Positions 1-14,196 of a stretch of 64,000 nucleotides of DNA are shown in pieces. The stretch is from Octopus vulgaris. Lineage: Eukaryota. The notes beneath the pieces are model-generated. The model was not told the DNA's origin. It was given only the letters and a program-made list of their open reading frames with translations, and did no database searches. The stretch lies in NCBI GenBank assembly GCA_951406725.2, contig OX597816.1:67704001-67768000 (forward strand), given 5' to 3'. The number at the start of each line of letters is the position of its first letter. Within the stretch, counting starts at the first letter, position 1. A program made the position numbers and the translations under genes.

Positions 1-158
1 TTTACGTCCTTGTAACTTAGCGATTCGGCCTAAGAGACCGATAGAATAAGTACTAGGCTTACAAATAAGTCCTGGGGTCGATTTGCTCGACTAAAGGCGG
101 TGCTCCAGCATGGCCGCAGTCAAACGACTGAAACAAATAAAAGAATAAAAGAATAAAA

Positions 159-160
<2 letters not shown>
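1..160 (+). mobile_element. SINE family A, 3' portion truncated by the window edge
   Basis: Matches the 3' part of the copies at 8303 and 42849 (gagaccgatagaataagtactaggctt...ctccagcatggccgcagtcaaa..aaaaga tail). Confidence 0.85.
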
Positions 161-195
<35 letters not shown>

Positions 196-698
196 TATAA
201 AAGAGGATATACATAAATGTGTATAAATATATGAATTTATATATGATTGGGTAGTGTAAGTGTATGTAAATATATATATATATATATATATCCATATACT
301 CTCACGCTCTATCAAAATAAATAACTTTTATATATAAAGTATGCACCAGTTGAAATGGTGACTACTTTATAAACCCAGCATGCTGGATTATAAACATATT
401 CGCATATATTTATTTATATAGTTTTGGAACTTATTGCACTATTGGCGTGCAGTATTTGATTACTAGTTAAGGCCATATAATGATGACGATGAGGATGATA
501 CTAATGATGGCGGTGGGTTGTGTACTGGTTAAGAGTGGTTAACGAAAATGCGAAACGTGAGCATTTGTAGGTGTTGAAGTAAATCTTGACTGTAATCGGT
601 TGCTTTTTTGTTTCCTTTGACTTTCAAGCAGATGAAACTCTCTTCGACTACATACACACACACACACAGAGTTGTGGCGTAATATATGGATTCAAAAT

Positions 699-1093
699 GG
701 CGGCGAACCGGCAGAAACATTAGCACACCGGGCGAAATGCTTAGCAGTATTTCGCCCGTCGCTACGTTCTGAGTTCAAATTTCGCCGAGGTCGACTTAGC
801 CTTTCATCCTTTTGGGGTCGATTAAATAAGTACCAGTTATGCACTGGGGTCTATATAATCTACTTAATCCGTTTGTCTGTCCTTGTTTGTCTTCTCTGTG
901 TTTAGCCCCTTGTGGGCAGTAAAGAAATAGGTATTTCGTCTGCCGTTACGTTCTGTGTTCAATTTCGCCGAGGTCGACTTTACCTTTCATCCTTTCGGGA
1001 TCGATAAATTAAGTACCAGTTGCATACTGGCGTCGATGTAATCGACTGGCCCCCTCCCACCAAATTTCAGGCCTTGTATCTATAGTAGAAAGA
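699..1093 (+). mobile_element. SINE family B, head plus duplicated body
   Basis: ggcggcga..ggcagaa head with gagttcaaat B-box-like motif; body repeated; many near-identical copies in the window. Confidence 0.85.
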
Positions 1094-1118
1094 ATTATTA
1101 TTATTTTTATTATTATCA

Positions 1119-1154
<36 letters not shown>

Positions 1155-1223
1155 GTAGTAGTAGTAGTAGTAGTAGTAGCAGTAGCAGCAGTAGCAGTAG
1201 CAGCAGCAGCAGCAGCAGCAGCA

Positions 1224-1580
1224 AGTGGAGGCGCAATGGCCTAATGGTTAGGGCAGCGGACTCGCGGTCGGAGGATCGCGGCTTCGATTCCCAGACCCGG
1301 CGTTGTGTGTGTTTATTGAGCGTAAACACCTAAAGCTCCACGATATTCCGGCAGGGGGTGGTGGCGACCTCTGTTGTACTCTTTCGCCCCAACTTTCTCT
1401 CACACTCTCTTCCTGTTTCTTGTCCCCGACTTCCGACGCAACTGCTGAGCCTGGATGCGCATTCATCCATCCGTCGATGCTCTCGGTGTCGGGGGTTGAC
1501 CTGCTTTCTCTTCTGCGGGTCTTACGAATAGCAAAAGGACCACGTTTCGAACTTCTCTCTCTACGGACGAAGACCGCTTA
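1224..1580 (+). mobile_element. tRNA-derived SINE family C
   Basis: tRNA-like head (ggcgcaatggcctaatggttagggcagcggac...ttcgattccc); reverse-complement copies at about 7490-7852 and 55370-55667. Confidence 0.85.
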
Positions 1581-1612
1581 GCTCAACAAACAAACAAAGT
1601 CGCAGCAGTAAC

Positions 1613-1671
<59 letters not shown>

Positions 1672-2211
1672 CGGCAGCAGCAGCAGCAGCAGCAGCAGTG
1701 TTGGCGGTGGTGGTGGAAGGAATACAGGGGTGAGTAACATTTAAGAATGGCACTGACCGCAACATAAGAACTCATCTCCCCTGACTCTTCCCAGACACAG
1801 CAGAATATGCTTCAACACACGAACTCATATAAAGAATCTTGCAAACCAAATCCAAAAACGAAATATAATAAGATTTGTTAATCTTATACAAGAATATTGT
1901 TGACAGTGACGTCGAAGTTTTGGCCAGCTAAACCATCGTTAGACATATGTGTGTGTGTGAGTGTGTATATGTGTGTGAGCAAGTGTGTTTGTGTGTATGT
2001 GTGTGTTTGTGTCTGTGTGTGTGTGAAAGAGAGCAGAGAGTTCGGCCACTACCATCACTTGTCAACCGGTGTTGGTTTATTTATCCCAGTCATATAGAGG
2101 TTAAAAAAAAAAGAATAGATCGATAGAATAAGTACTGGTGCTGAGTAAATCCTTCGAGGTGGTGCCCCAGCATAGCCGCAATCCAATGACCGAAACTAGT
2201 AAAAGATATAT

Positions 2212-2445
2212 CTATTTCTTTACTACCCAGAAGGGGCTAAACACAGAAGGGACAAACAAGGACAGACAAACGGATTAAGTCGATTACATCGACCCCAGTG
2301 CATGACTGGTACTTATTTAATCGACCCCGAAAGGATGAAAGGCAAAGTCGACCTCGGTGGAATTTGAACTCAGAACGTAACGGCAGACGAAATACGGCTA
2401 CGCATTTCGCCCGGCGTGCATACGTTTCTGCCAGCTCGCCGCCTT
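2212..2445 (-). mobile_element. SINE family B, monomer
   Basis: Reverse complement of the family B consensus seen at 46032. Confidence 0.85.
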
Positions 2446-2639
2446 AATAGTAAAAGACATATCATAGGAGCCTTGGCCTCCTCAGCCATTGCCATTACAA
2501 GATCTAAATCTAAATTCAAAAGTACCAGGTATCTGTGGATCACATGTTCTTTTGATTTATAGTAAATTCTTCTCATTAGTGTCGTATAAGTGGCTTATTT
2601 TTCGTTCATGCAAACGTGTGGACATATATCAAAATGTGT

Positions 2640-2658
2640 GAGTGTGTGTGTGTGTGTA

Positions 2659-2705
<47 letters not shown>

Positions 2706-2891
2706 GAATGCGTGTGTATAATATGTATATGAATATACTCGCATATATGTGTATATATACACATCTCTCTCTTTCTCTATCTCTCTCTCTCCACACACAC
2801 ATATATATACATATATTTATGTGTGTGTATGTGTATGTATATATACATATATATATATATATGTGTGCGTGTATGTATATATATATGTATA

Positions 2892-2932
<41 letters not shown>

Positions 2933-3271
2933 TTATATATGTATGTTTATATATGTATGTATATATATATGTTTATATATGTATATATATATGTATGTTT
3001 ATATATGTATATATATATATATGTATACAAATATATGTATATATATGTATGTACATATGTATGTATGTATATATATATGTATATATATATACATATAATA
3101 TGTATATATATGTATAAAATAAGTAAAGAAAGAAGAGTCGGGGCGGGTTAAGTGTTAGGAAAGGAAACTGTAACCTAGGAATTTGTCTAGTTAGAGGAAT
3201 GTATTAGAAGTAGGGTGGGAGTACAAGTGGAAGTGTGAAGCAAAAGAAAAGTAGGGTTGTGTGTTGATGGA

Positions 3272-3347
<76 letters not shown>

Positions 3348-3517
3348 CATTCATACGTATATATATATATACACATTTATATATATATATGTAAATGTAT
3401 ATATACATACATACATACATACATACACACACACACGCATATACATGCACGCACACATATATAGATGTCTGTGAGTGTATGTTTAAGTATATTTATTTAT
3501 GCATACTTACATGTATA

Positions 3518-3600
<83 letters not shown>
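2640..3600. repeat. Compound microsatellites (GA)n/(TA)n/(TATG)n/(TG)n
   Basis: Directly visible dinucleotide and tetranucleotide runs. Confidence 0.95.
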
Positions 3601-3749
3601 TGTAGCATTGATAGCGAGATAGACAGCTGGGTAACAGGTGTTTTCACACGCACCGTACTACCGATTGCCTTTTGAAAACAATACTCTGGCCATGCATGCC
3701 GCACATGTAAGTTATTACCTACACACGGGTGAAGCACCTCGCAACTTCA

Positions 3750-4782
3750 CTAATGATGACGACGACGACGATGGTTTGTTGACCCAACAAACGTTACACG
3801 GACATGCCTTCATCATCATCATCAACAACAGCATCATCATCATCATCATCGTCATCAACAACAGCATCATCATCATCTTCATAATAAGCATCTTTTCTCG
3901 TCATCGCCACAATCATTGCATTATTTATTCGCAGATGTCCTCAATCTTTGACCACCCACTTCTCCTTCTCTTTCTTCTTCTCCTTCCTCTTCTTCTTCTT
4001 CTTCTTCTCCTTCCTCTTCTTCTTCTTCTTCTTCTTCTTCTTCTCCTTTTCCTTCTTCTTCTTCTTCTTCTTCTTCTTCTTCTTCTTCTTCTTCTTCTCC
4101 GCCTCCTCCTCTGCCTCCTCTTTATCATCATCTTCATCATCACCATCATGGAGCAATATATTATGGTCCGCCATCATCAACGTCCTCATTGGAGACATTA
4201 GTTTCAATGTTATGCCATCATCATCATCATCAACATCATCGACACCACCACCACCACCACCGCCACCACCACAACAGTCATTATACCCCCCATTATCCTC
4301 ATCCTCACACTTTAGGAGTTTTAACGATGCAACCAGCCACCTCCACCACGATTGCCTTCACCAAATAAATAAATAGGTAAATAAATAAATAAAAACATCA
4401 CCACCACCTCCTCCTCCACGACATACTCACTACTCCCATTAAACACTAACTCCCACCGCAACCACCATTAAAACAATCGAGAAAACTACTAATTTAGAGT
4501 ATTCAGCTGCTAAATATCATCGCCACCAACATCATCACTGTCTTCCTTGCCCTCCCCCTCCTCCTCCTCCTCCTCATCATCATTTCTAGCTTCGGCCTCG
4601 CCCACTTATTTAACCCCATCGCCACTGTCATGATTACCGTTAACATCCCTGTTATCCGCCTCATCATTATCATCATCATCATCATTGCTATCTTCCTCAT
4701 TGCCCTTCTTGTCTCTCTCATCATCATCATCATCATCATTAACATTAACAACCCTGCTTTCACCTCCTCCTCCTCCTCCTCC

Positions 4783-4824
<42 letters not shown>

Positions 4825-4850
4825 CCATCACCACCATCGTCATCGTCTTT
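3750..4850. repeat. Trinucleotide low-complexity tract (CAT/CTT/CCT/CAC)n
   Basis: Directly visible; source of the poly-I/L/S/H ORFs in the track. Confidence 0.9.
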
Positions 4851-6477
4851 ACCTTTTTATACATTACACAAACCAAGCGACATAACAGACAGCCTATCAT
4901 CTCCTTGAATGCCGCTTCATCTTTTGCCTTTTATCTTCCTCACTCGGTTGAATGTTCCCACATCCTTCCACTACTTCATAGATTTCACTTCACTGAGTGT
5001 CGCCACAACACTCCTCCCATTGTCTCTACTCGTCTCCCCTGAATGCATTTCAACTATCTTTCCTTTCCACTACTCCCACTCCTTAGAAAACCATCTTCCT
5101 TTCTTTTCATCCCTCTCACCCTCAATTGTTATGTTACGTACATAAGGCTTCACATGAAGGGTCAATACATATCATGACATAAGCACAAAATCGCAGAGGA
5201 CATTTATGGACACATTCCACTCTTTACCATTGTTGCTCAACATAGACTTTTGCTATCGGCTGACAATGTCCTAAGCAAAAAAGCCTTATTGGTTGTTATA
5301 CTCCATAGACTTCTGCGTCTTCGTAGATTGTGAAGACCACTCTAATAACCTCATATGTATATAATTAAATAAGGGTAAAAATTGATATTAATCAATGAAA
5401 ACCAGTGGCTTAGCATATTTTTAAAAAATCCGAAGATTAAAAACTTTTTACGTACAAAACTATTTCAACATGACACTTTTTGACATCGATAGCCTATTGT
5501 GTAAAAGTATGTACAAGTAGTCTCTCGACTATCGCGGGTGTTTCGTTTCAAAAACCCCCGCCATTTTGACGTCTATATCTAGCATACAGGCTGTCCACTT
5601 TTAGTGGTCAGTCCTCTAAATTTTGTGTGTGTTTATATATGTATATATACAAAAGAGTGAGAGAGAGAGAGAAAGAGAAAGAACAGGAGAAAGAGAGAGA
5701 GATAGGTAGATAAATAGATAGATAGATAGTGAGAGAGAGATAGAAAGAGGGAGAGAGAGAGCGGAGAAGACAGAGAAAAGGCAGATAGGGATTTAAATAG
5801 TTTATACAACAGAAATAAATTTATGAAAACTTGGCGGCTTTTACGAAGTATTCTAGAGCAAGAGGCAAAGGCAATGAATTGACATAGCAAATGTCAAAAA
5901 ATACAGTATATTTAGGTGTGGTGATTCTTTTCTGGGGTTTTTGTTTTGCTCAGAACAAGAAGAGTTTGTTGATAATATCTGCGTTTAGTTCGAAAATTGT
6001 ATAGGGATTAGGGCTATTAGGTGGATAAAATTTCGGGTATGGGCTTAAGGGCGAGATATTTTGACATGCGGATGAGATACGGCATTCTAGGTGGTAGGTC
6101 CGTATATAAGTTTGAGCTATAGAAAAAAAGGAAATATTCCAAGGAAAAAGATTATTTTTTTGTTTTTGCTTTTAGGGGTTACTTTGTGTTATTTCGTAAA
6201 ATGGTACAAATGTAACACATGAATGATTCTGCTTGTAATTGTAATCAGAGAAACTCTGTTGAGTGGTTTCCAATTGTCATTCTATTTTAGGGATAGAAAC
6301 ATGAAAGCCGTAAATTTCATCTTGCCAACACCTCAAAAGCAATCTACGCAGAAAATATCTAATCGTTGTCGTTTTAGAATACAAACAAAAATGGTGTGGT
6401 ATGTGTGTTTGTGTATGTTTGTTTGCGTATGTTTGTGTTTGTGTGAGTATGTTATATATATATATATATATATATAT

Positions 6478-6550
<73 letters not shown>

Positions 6551-6948
6551 TGTCTGTATATAGAGAGAGTTGACGAAGACAGGTGGTGTACAAAACAAAC
6601 AGATATATTAGTTTAACGCTCAGGAATAGAAAAAGTCTTCTACGTTTCGAGTTTACGCTCTTCTACAGAAAGGGACAGAGAAAAAACAAGGAGAGATATA
6701 TACATGTCTGTATGTATCTGTGTGTGCGTATGTGTGCCATGTGTCAATGCATGTATGAATAGTGCATCCCCCCCACACACGCACATACAATTTAGATTGG
6801 GGTAATTGTGCTACATGTGTTTTCAGTTTTCAACAGTTAGGTAATACCACAACGAAAACAAAAATTCTGAGCGTTTCCTTCAGATGGAAGCTCTACAAAA
6901 TAAAATGAAATCATTTATTAAATTGCCCTTCATTTTTAATCAAATGTA

Positions 6949-7408
6949 CAGTAATCTCTCGCCATATTGCGGTTCACCTATCAAGGGTGTATATTTAAGC
7001 TTACGTCGATTCCTCCGTGATGTTGTTTTGCATTTATAAGAAAATAAATATAAACAAATTATAATACAGCACTGTTTCTTATTTCTTTACTGCCTACAAG
7101 GGGCTAAACATAGAAAGGGCAAACAAGGACCGACAAATGAATTAAGTCGATTACATCGACCCCAGTGCTTAACTGGTGCTTAATTTATCGACCCCAAAAG
7201 GGTGAAGTGCAAAGTCGACCTCGGCGGAATTTGAACTCAGAACGTAACGGCAGACGAAGTACAGCTAAGCATTTCGCCCGGCGTACTGACGTTTCTGCCA
7301 GTTCGCCGCCTTAACAAATTATAATAAAGTACTGTTTCTACTTCGCGGATTTTCACCTATCGCAGGGGGCTTTGGAACGTAACACCCGCGATAGTCGAGA
7401 GACTACTG
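6949..7408. mobile_element. Tc1/pogo-type MITE (TA-flanked, CAGTA.TCTCTCG terminal inverted repeats) interrupted by a SINE B
   Basis: ta|cagtaatctctcg ... cgagagactactg|ta termini. Confidence 0.75.
7081..7312 (-). mobile_element. SINE family B nested in the MITE, with about 27-bp target-site duplication
   Basis: aacaaattataata(c/a)ag(c/t)actgtttct at 7053-7079 and 7313-7339. Confidence 0.85.
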
Positions 7409-7489
7409 TACATACTTTTACACAATAGGCTATCGATGTCAAAAAGTGTCACGTTGAAATATTTTTGCTGTTGCTGTTGCTGTTGTGCG

Positions 7490-7852
7490 AACGGTCTTTG
7501 TCCCAGAGCGCGCAAGATAGGAGAAGTCCGATACGTGGTCCTTTGCAATTCGTAAGACCCGCAGAAGAGAAAGCACGTCAACCCCCGACACCGAGAGCAT
7601 CGACGGATGGATGAATGCGCATCCAGGCTCAGCGGTTGCGTAGGAAGTCGGGGACAAGAACTAGGGAGAAAGAGTGAGAGAAAGTTGGGGCGAAAGAGTA
7701 CAACAGGGGTCGCCACCACCCACTGCCGGAGCCTCGTGGAGCTTTAGGTGTTTTCGCTCAATAAACACACACAACGCCCGGTTTGGGAATCGAAACCGCG
7801 ATCCTCCGACCGCGGGTCCGCTGCCCTAACCATTGGACCATTGCGCCTCCAC
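7490..7852 (-). mobile_element. tRNA-derived SINE family C
   Basis: Reverse complement of 1224-1580. Confidence 0.85.
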
Positions 7853-7899
7853 TGCTGTTGCTGGAAACTTTTCAGTCGGACCGCCTGTGTTTCATAACG

Positions 7900-8200
7900 A
7901 ATGTTGATTAGTTTTCATACATAATAATGACGGTTTGACACTGTCATCTGGGATACTACGTTCAACACAATCAACAGAATATCTAACATGGAACTTCTAT
8001 TGATAATATCAAATGCCTCGGCGGAATCCACAAATAGACTTGGCGCCTTTTGCTGAGAGATTCTGAAATCTTCTACGATCATCTTAAGGGTAAAGATTGG
8101 CAGTTGTATTGATCTGCCTTTGCAGAAGTTTGGTTTCGTCGAAAGATGGAATCAATGTGTATGGAAATTCTTGTAAAGGATATAGAATTGTAATTTTTTA
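7900..8200 (-). mobile_element. Decayed LINE reverse-transcriptase fragment
   Basis: Minus-strand translation ...IFTLKMIVEDFRISQQKAPSLFVDSAEAFDIINRSSMLDIL resembles the non-LTR RT motif FVDFxKAFDxIxR; frameshifted. Confidence 0.65.
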
Positions 8201-8302
8201 TCATTAAATACGCTTCGTTTTAACTTTATTGAAGGAAGGTCTAGTTGATGCAGTACTAGACAGCCGTTTACTAATATATTACACTAAGTTATTTATGATA
8301 TA

Positions 8303-8473
8303 GGCGTAGGAGTGGCTGTGTGGTAAGTAGCTTGCTTACGAACCACATAGTTCAGGGTTCATTCCCACTGCATGGCACCTTGGGCAAGTGTCTTCAACTA
8401 TAGCCTCGGGCCGACCAAAGCCTTCTGAGTGGATTTGGTAGACGGAGACTGAAAGAAGCGCATCGTATATATG

Positions 8474-8570
<97 letters not shown>

Positions 8571-8792
8571 GTGTGTATATGTTTGTGTGTCTGTGTTTGT
8601 CCCCCCAACATCGCTTGACAACCGATGGTGGCCTGTTTACGTCCCCGTAACTTAGCGGTTCGGCAAAAGAAACCGATAGAATAAGTACTAGGCTTACAAA
8701 GAATAAGTCCTGGGGTCGATTTGCTCGACTAAAGGCGGTGCTCCAGCATGGCCGCAGTCAAATGACTGAAACAAGTAAAAGAGTAAAAGAGT
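8303..8792 (+). mobile_element. SINE family A, full length with internal (TA)n/(TG)n
   Basis: tRNA-like head ggcgtaggagtggctgtgtggtaag...ggttcattccc, conserved core gcaccttgggcaagtgtc, (gtaaaaga)n tail. Confidence 0.88.
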
Positions 8793-9226
8793 AATAGCAG
8801 CTTACTCTCGTGACGCTGCATTTAGAATATTTAAACTCTAACTTTTCATTTGGTTTCTGAGGTCTTAGATTATATCTTAGAAGTTAATTATGTTTAAATG
8901 TGTTTCAACTGTATACGGAGAGTTTCTGAATTTTTTGGACAATCCTACCTCGTGTAATGATTAGTCAATTATACATACATGCGTATTTACATAAGAGCAT
9001 TCATACATGCATATATACAGGCATGCATACTTACAAGGATTTTTCCAAGAAAGAACAAAAGAAACTGACGCCCATCCTCCAAATCCAGTCTATTTACAGT
9101 ACAGTAGAAGCTTGCAAGGTATTCCAAAGGTTCTTCATTTGAAATTCTTGAAATGAATTTATGCTTACACTTGGTTGCGTGCATTTTAAAAGATGCTCAC
9201 AGAAACACTTAAGTACGAAAGAGACA

Positions 9227-9616
9227 CTCTTTACTCTTTTACTTGTTTCAGTCATTTGATTGTGGCCATTCTGGAGCACCGCCTTTAGTCGAGCAAATCG
9301 ACCCCAGGACTTATTCTTTGTAAGCCTAGTATTAATTCTATCGGTCTCTCTTGCCGAACCGCTAAGTTACGGGGACGTAAACACACCACCATCGGTTGTC
9401 AAGCGATGTTGGGAGGGGGGGACAAACACAAACACACAAACATATACATACATATATACATACGACGGACTTCTTTCCGTCTACAAATCCAGTCACAAGG
9501 ATTTGGTCGGTCCGGGGCTATAGTAGAAGACACTTGCCCAAGGTGCCACGCAGTGGGACTGAACCCGAAACCATGTGGTTGGGAAGCAAGCTACTTACCA
9601 CACAGCCGCTCCTGCA
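9227..9616 (-). mobile_element. SINE family A
   Basis: Reverse complement of family A. Confidence 0.85.
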
Positions 9617-10162
9617 CCAATATTCATATTTTGAAAATAATTCGTTCTTTACAGACAACTATTTCCCTTCAGTTAAATACCAAACATGCGCAGGACAATC
9701 TTATTTATTTTTATTTATTTAATTTAGACTGGTTGAAATGGCACAAGCCGTTTCTTGTCACCCTTATCATTTTACTTGTGATTATTTTGATCAAAAGCAT
9801 TGGACTGACAAAAAGAGTTAAGTGCCAGACAACATGTTCTTGCAGTATATGGAATGACCTAGATAAGAGATGAATATATAGTTACGTTTATTGTTATTAT
9901 CGAGTTCAAATCTTGATGTAGCTTGAGTAACTTTTCACCCCAGGGTCGATTTAATACGTAGCAGTTATGCTTTCAAAAGGAGACTTCATTCCATGAGTGT
10001 TACTGGTTATTTATGTATCGTCACGAAATAATGCTGTTTTTCCCTATCGGCCTGTCAGACAGAAATCTTTATTTCACTATGATTGTTTTTGTTTAGATGA
10101 AGGTCAACCTCACTTAAAAACATATTGTGAAAAAGCATTCCATCTGGTGCTATGCTGGAATT

Positions 10163-11190
<1,028 letters not shown>

Positions 11191-12014
11191 TATAGAGTGA
11201 GAGAGAAAGAGAAAGGAAAGAGAGAGATTTTGTTGCTGGCACGCTTAATGAAATTCTGAAGAGGGACGAAATTACTTATCAACTTCTCCGAAATAAATAA
11301 CTCTGCGCGCGCGCGCATGTGTGTGAGAGATAGAGAGTGGCAGGTAGGCAGACAGACAGACAGACACTCAGTCAGGTTATTTTGCGTATCCAATGTCTTC
11401 CTGCTAGTGTTAGAATTCTATATTGAAACGCAGGGAAATATGAGGTGTAAATACAGTAGGCCTCTTTATGTATACTGTTCTGCTCGCTAGTAATGGTATT
11501 ACATGTTTTCAAAGTTATCATACCTTATACGAAGGTTAATTGTATTGGCTTACACAAATGACATTTCTATTTTTGACGTTTCTCAGTATTCTATAACAAA
11601 ACTGTTTATTTCAAACCTATATTATAGCGAGGGAGTTGATCAGATAATATAATACAACAAACGAATGCAACGGATATTTTAATGTTACAGTTGACGCAGG
11701 AAATAGCGTCGGACCAAACAAACCTGCTACACATAGCATCCAATTTTCCATTAAACTACATCCTGCCATCTTAATACATAAATGCATACATACATACATA
11801 CATACATACATACACACATACATACCGCTAGCCACTACACATTCTTTATTTTCTCTCTTTATTGTCTCTCCTTGTTTCTTTTTGTGTTCCTTTCGGTGGA
11901 AGAGCGTAGGCTCGAAACGTTAAAGACTTTTTCACTTCCCGAGCGTTATACTAATGCATCTGTTTGTTGTCCACACTACCTGTCTTCGTCTTTTGATTTT
12001 TTTATGAATTCTCC

Positions 12015-12067
<53 letters not shown>

Positions 12068-12068
<1 letters not shown>

Positions 12069-12810
12069 TCTGATTATTCTGGACGAGCTAAGGAGGCAAA
12101 CCTTTTGTAACAGTTCTATTAGGCACTCTATTCCGATTTCCTTCATATTGCTCTTGATGTCATCTGATGCTGTCCCCAAGGAACCAACAGTAATTGACAC
12201 TATCTTCACCTTCATTTTCCATACACGGGCTATTTCGTACTTGAGAGGATTGTATATATCTGTTTTTTGCCTTCTTCCTTGATTATTCGTGAGTCAAAGG
12301 GGCACGCAACATCAACTATATACTATATGTAGTGCTTCTTACCCACCACCACTCGGTTAGGTCTGTTATGCTCTATCGCTTCATCTGTTTGGATTGGAGA
12401 ATCAATGAGGATTTTGCAGGTCTCCGACTCCGTCACGCTCTGCTGTTTTTGCTCATATTACGCCTTGCCTCTTCCTAGTTCCCACTTTTTGCAGTTTCCA
12501 ATGTAGCACTTTCGCTATTTTATCGTGTCGCCACGATGGTTGTTGGAGCAAGTCTAGGGCATTTGTTCGCGATGTGGGCAATGGTTTCGTCCACTCTATT
12601 ACATATGCCGCCCTGTGGAGACACTTGTTCATTTCTAAGGTTGACTCTCCAATTCATAGCCAGAGCTTAGTCTTGTGCTGCCGCTATAGTGCTCTCAATC
12701 TCTTTTTCCAGTGTCGCTTTCTTCAGCCAATCCCATCTATATTTTCCAACAACTTCAGTTGTGGCTACATGGAATTGATTGTGTAGTCCCTTGTTGCGTA
12801 ATGCTTCATC
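12068..12810 (-). mobile_element. Decayed 3' end of a REL-endonuclease (R4/Dong/NeSL-like) non-LTR retrotransposon
   Basis: Minus-strand fragments WRHDKIAKVLHWKL, PIQTDEAIEHNRP, IVDVACPFD, KVKIVSITVGSLGT, LLQKVCLLSSSRIIR match the RHD, PD..D and C-terminal motifs of REL LINEs. Confidence 0.8.
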
Positions 12811-12854
12811 ATGTCCTTTTTGTATTTTTTCTTTTGTTATTTTTTTCTTTATTA

Positions 12855-13196
12855 TTATTACCTCCGCCTTAGCAAAGGCAGAGATATTATTTCTAGCCGT
12901 GTTTGTTTGTTTATTTCAAGAACCGCTGGATGGATTCGGATGAAACTTTCGTGACTGGCATGACCCGATTAGGTTTCGGGATCGATCCAGTACCTGACAA
13001 AAATTCTGGATTATTTTCCTGGGTTTTTTTTTTAATTAATTTTTGAGGGTGGTCGGGTTCATTTTTAGTATTCTCGTTTGTGAGAGAAATCGAGTTTATT
13101 TCAGATATTCTCATTTTAAAAATCATTACTGGCTAATCATTGAGAGGACGTTGGTGTTGCCTTGACGGAGGTTTGCGCTCTTTGAGTGCTCTTGTT
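12855..13196 (+). mobile_element. Helentron-associated / DINE-1-like non-autonomous element
   Basis: 5' ttacctccgcc sub-terminal inverted repeat with 3' partner tgacggaggt, (gttt)n after the 5' end, 3' hairpin gcgctc..gagtgc, T-rich flanks. Confidence 0.65.
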
Positions 13197-13300
13197 ATCA
13201 TCATCATCATCATCATCATCGTTATTGTTGTTGTTATCATCATCATCATTATTGTTGTTGTTGTTGTTATCATCATCATCATCATTATTATTATCAAGAC

Positions 13301-13503
13301 GGCCAGCTGGCAGAATCGTTAGTACGTCGGACAAAATGCTTTGCAGTATTTCGCCCTACGTTCTGAGTTCAAATTCCACCAAGGTTGGCTTCGCCTTTCA
13401 TCATTTCAGAGTTCGTAAATTAAATACCAGCTGAACGCTAAGGTCGATGTAATCACACATCTCCCTCCCCCCAAAATGGCTGCCCTTGTGGAAAAATTTG
13501 AAA
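13301..13503 (+). mobile_element. SINE family B, alternative 3' tail ending tttgaaa(att)n
   Basis: Family B head and core, diverged. Confidence 0.75.
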
Positions 13504-13531
13504 TTATTATTATTATTATTATTATTATTAT

Positions 13532-14084
13532 TGAGAGACCAGTGCATGTCATCAAAGTGACACTGGGGTAAAATATACGAAGCCCAGTATACCTATCATG
13601 ACTACCCGTCTGATAATGGTACACCAAGCACATGCATCACAACCATATGTGCGCAACATGGTCATCTTATATCAAGATTAATAGCGCATGACCTTACAGG
13701 TGGGGCCCAGTTAGAATTTCCTTCAAGTTGAGTAGCCCATCCCGCTCAAAAAATCCCTGAATAAAGGTTGTTTAAGGATGTTGAACGAAACACCCATGTT
13801 TCTAGAGATGAATTATTCAAATCCCAAAGAATCCCTCTCAACACATGGCTATGATGCTCCCCCACTGCTTCTGCTCGTGATCAGTGATGCACATATCGTC
13901 GGCCACTAAGGGACATGCTCAACTGGTTAAGGTCAAACAACTGACAAACAAATCTGAGGTAATGAGCAGAATATTTGCTGTAGCCCATCTTTTATACCAA
14001 GACAGAACAATGTACATGATAACACTTCCAATCAGTTAAGACCAGAAGCCATGTGAGCCACACTGCCTGGTACTGCATCGGGGC

Positions 14085-14086
<2 letters not shown>
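13532..14086 (-). mobile_element. About 550-bp non-coding repeat embedded in (AAT)n
   Basis: Both ends abut (att)n; its end segment recurs in the opposite orientation at about 52861-52916, also inside (aat)n. Orientation is inferred. Confidence 0.6.
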
Positions 14087-14115
<29 letters not shown>

Positions 14116-14129
14116 GTTGTTGTTGTTGT

Positions 14130-14196
<67 letters not shown>

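Noticed and set aside
1224-1300. tRNA-like sequence (also at about 7780-7852, 55590-55667, 41223-41297)
   Set aside because: Heads of SINEs continuing into repeat bodies; no proper acceptor stem, so not called tRNA genes.
3638-4376. 187-aa ORF with HTGEAP, similar to a C2H2 linker, and poly-L/F ORFs
   Set aside because: No Cys/His finger spacing; the remainder is trinucleotide repeat.
8336-8621. Recurrent ORFs such as [32 protein letters not shown] or [19 protein letters not shown]
   Set aside because: Antisense translations of SINE family A, not a protein family.
11617-11780. Unique-looking 50-codon minus-strand stretch (MAGCSLMENWMLCVAGLFGP...)
   Set aside because: No recognisable domain, convincing splice sites or partner exons.
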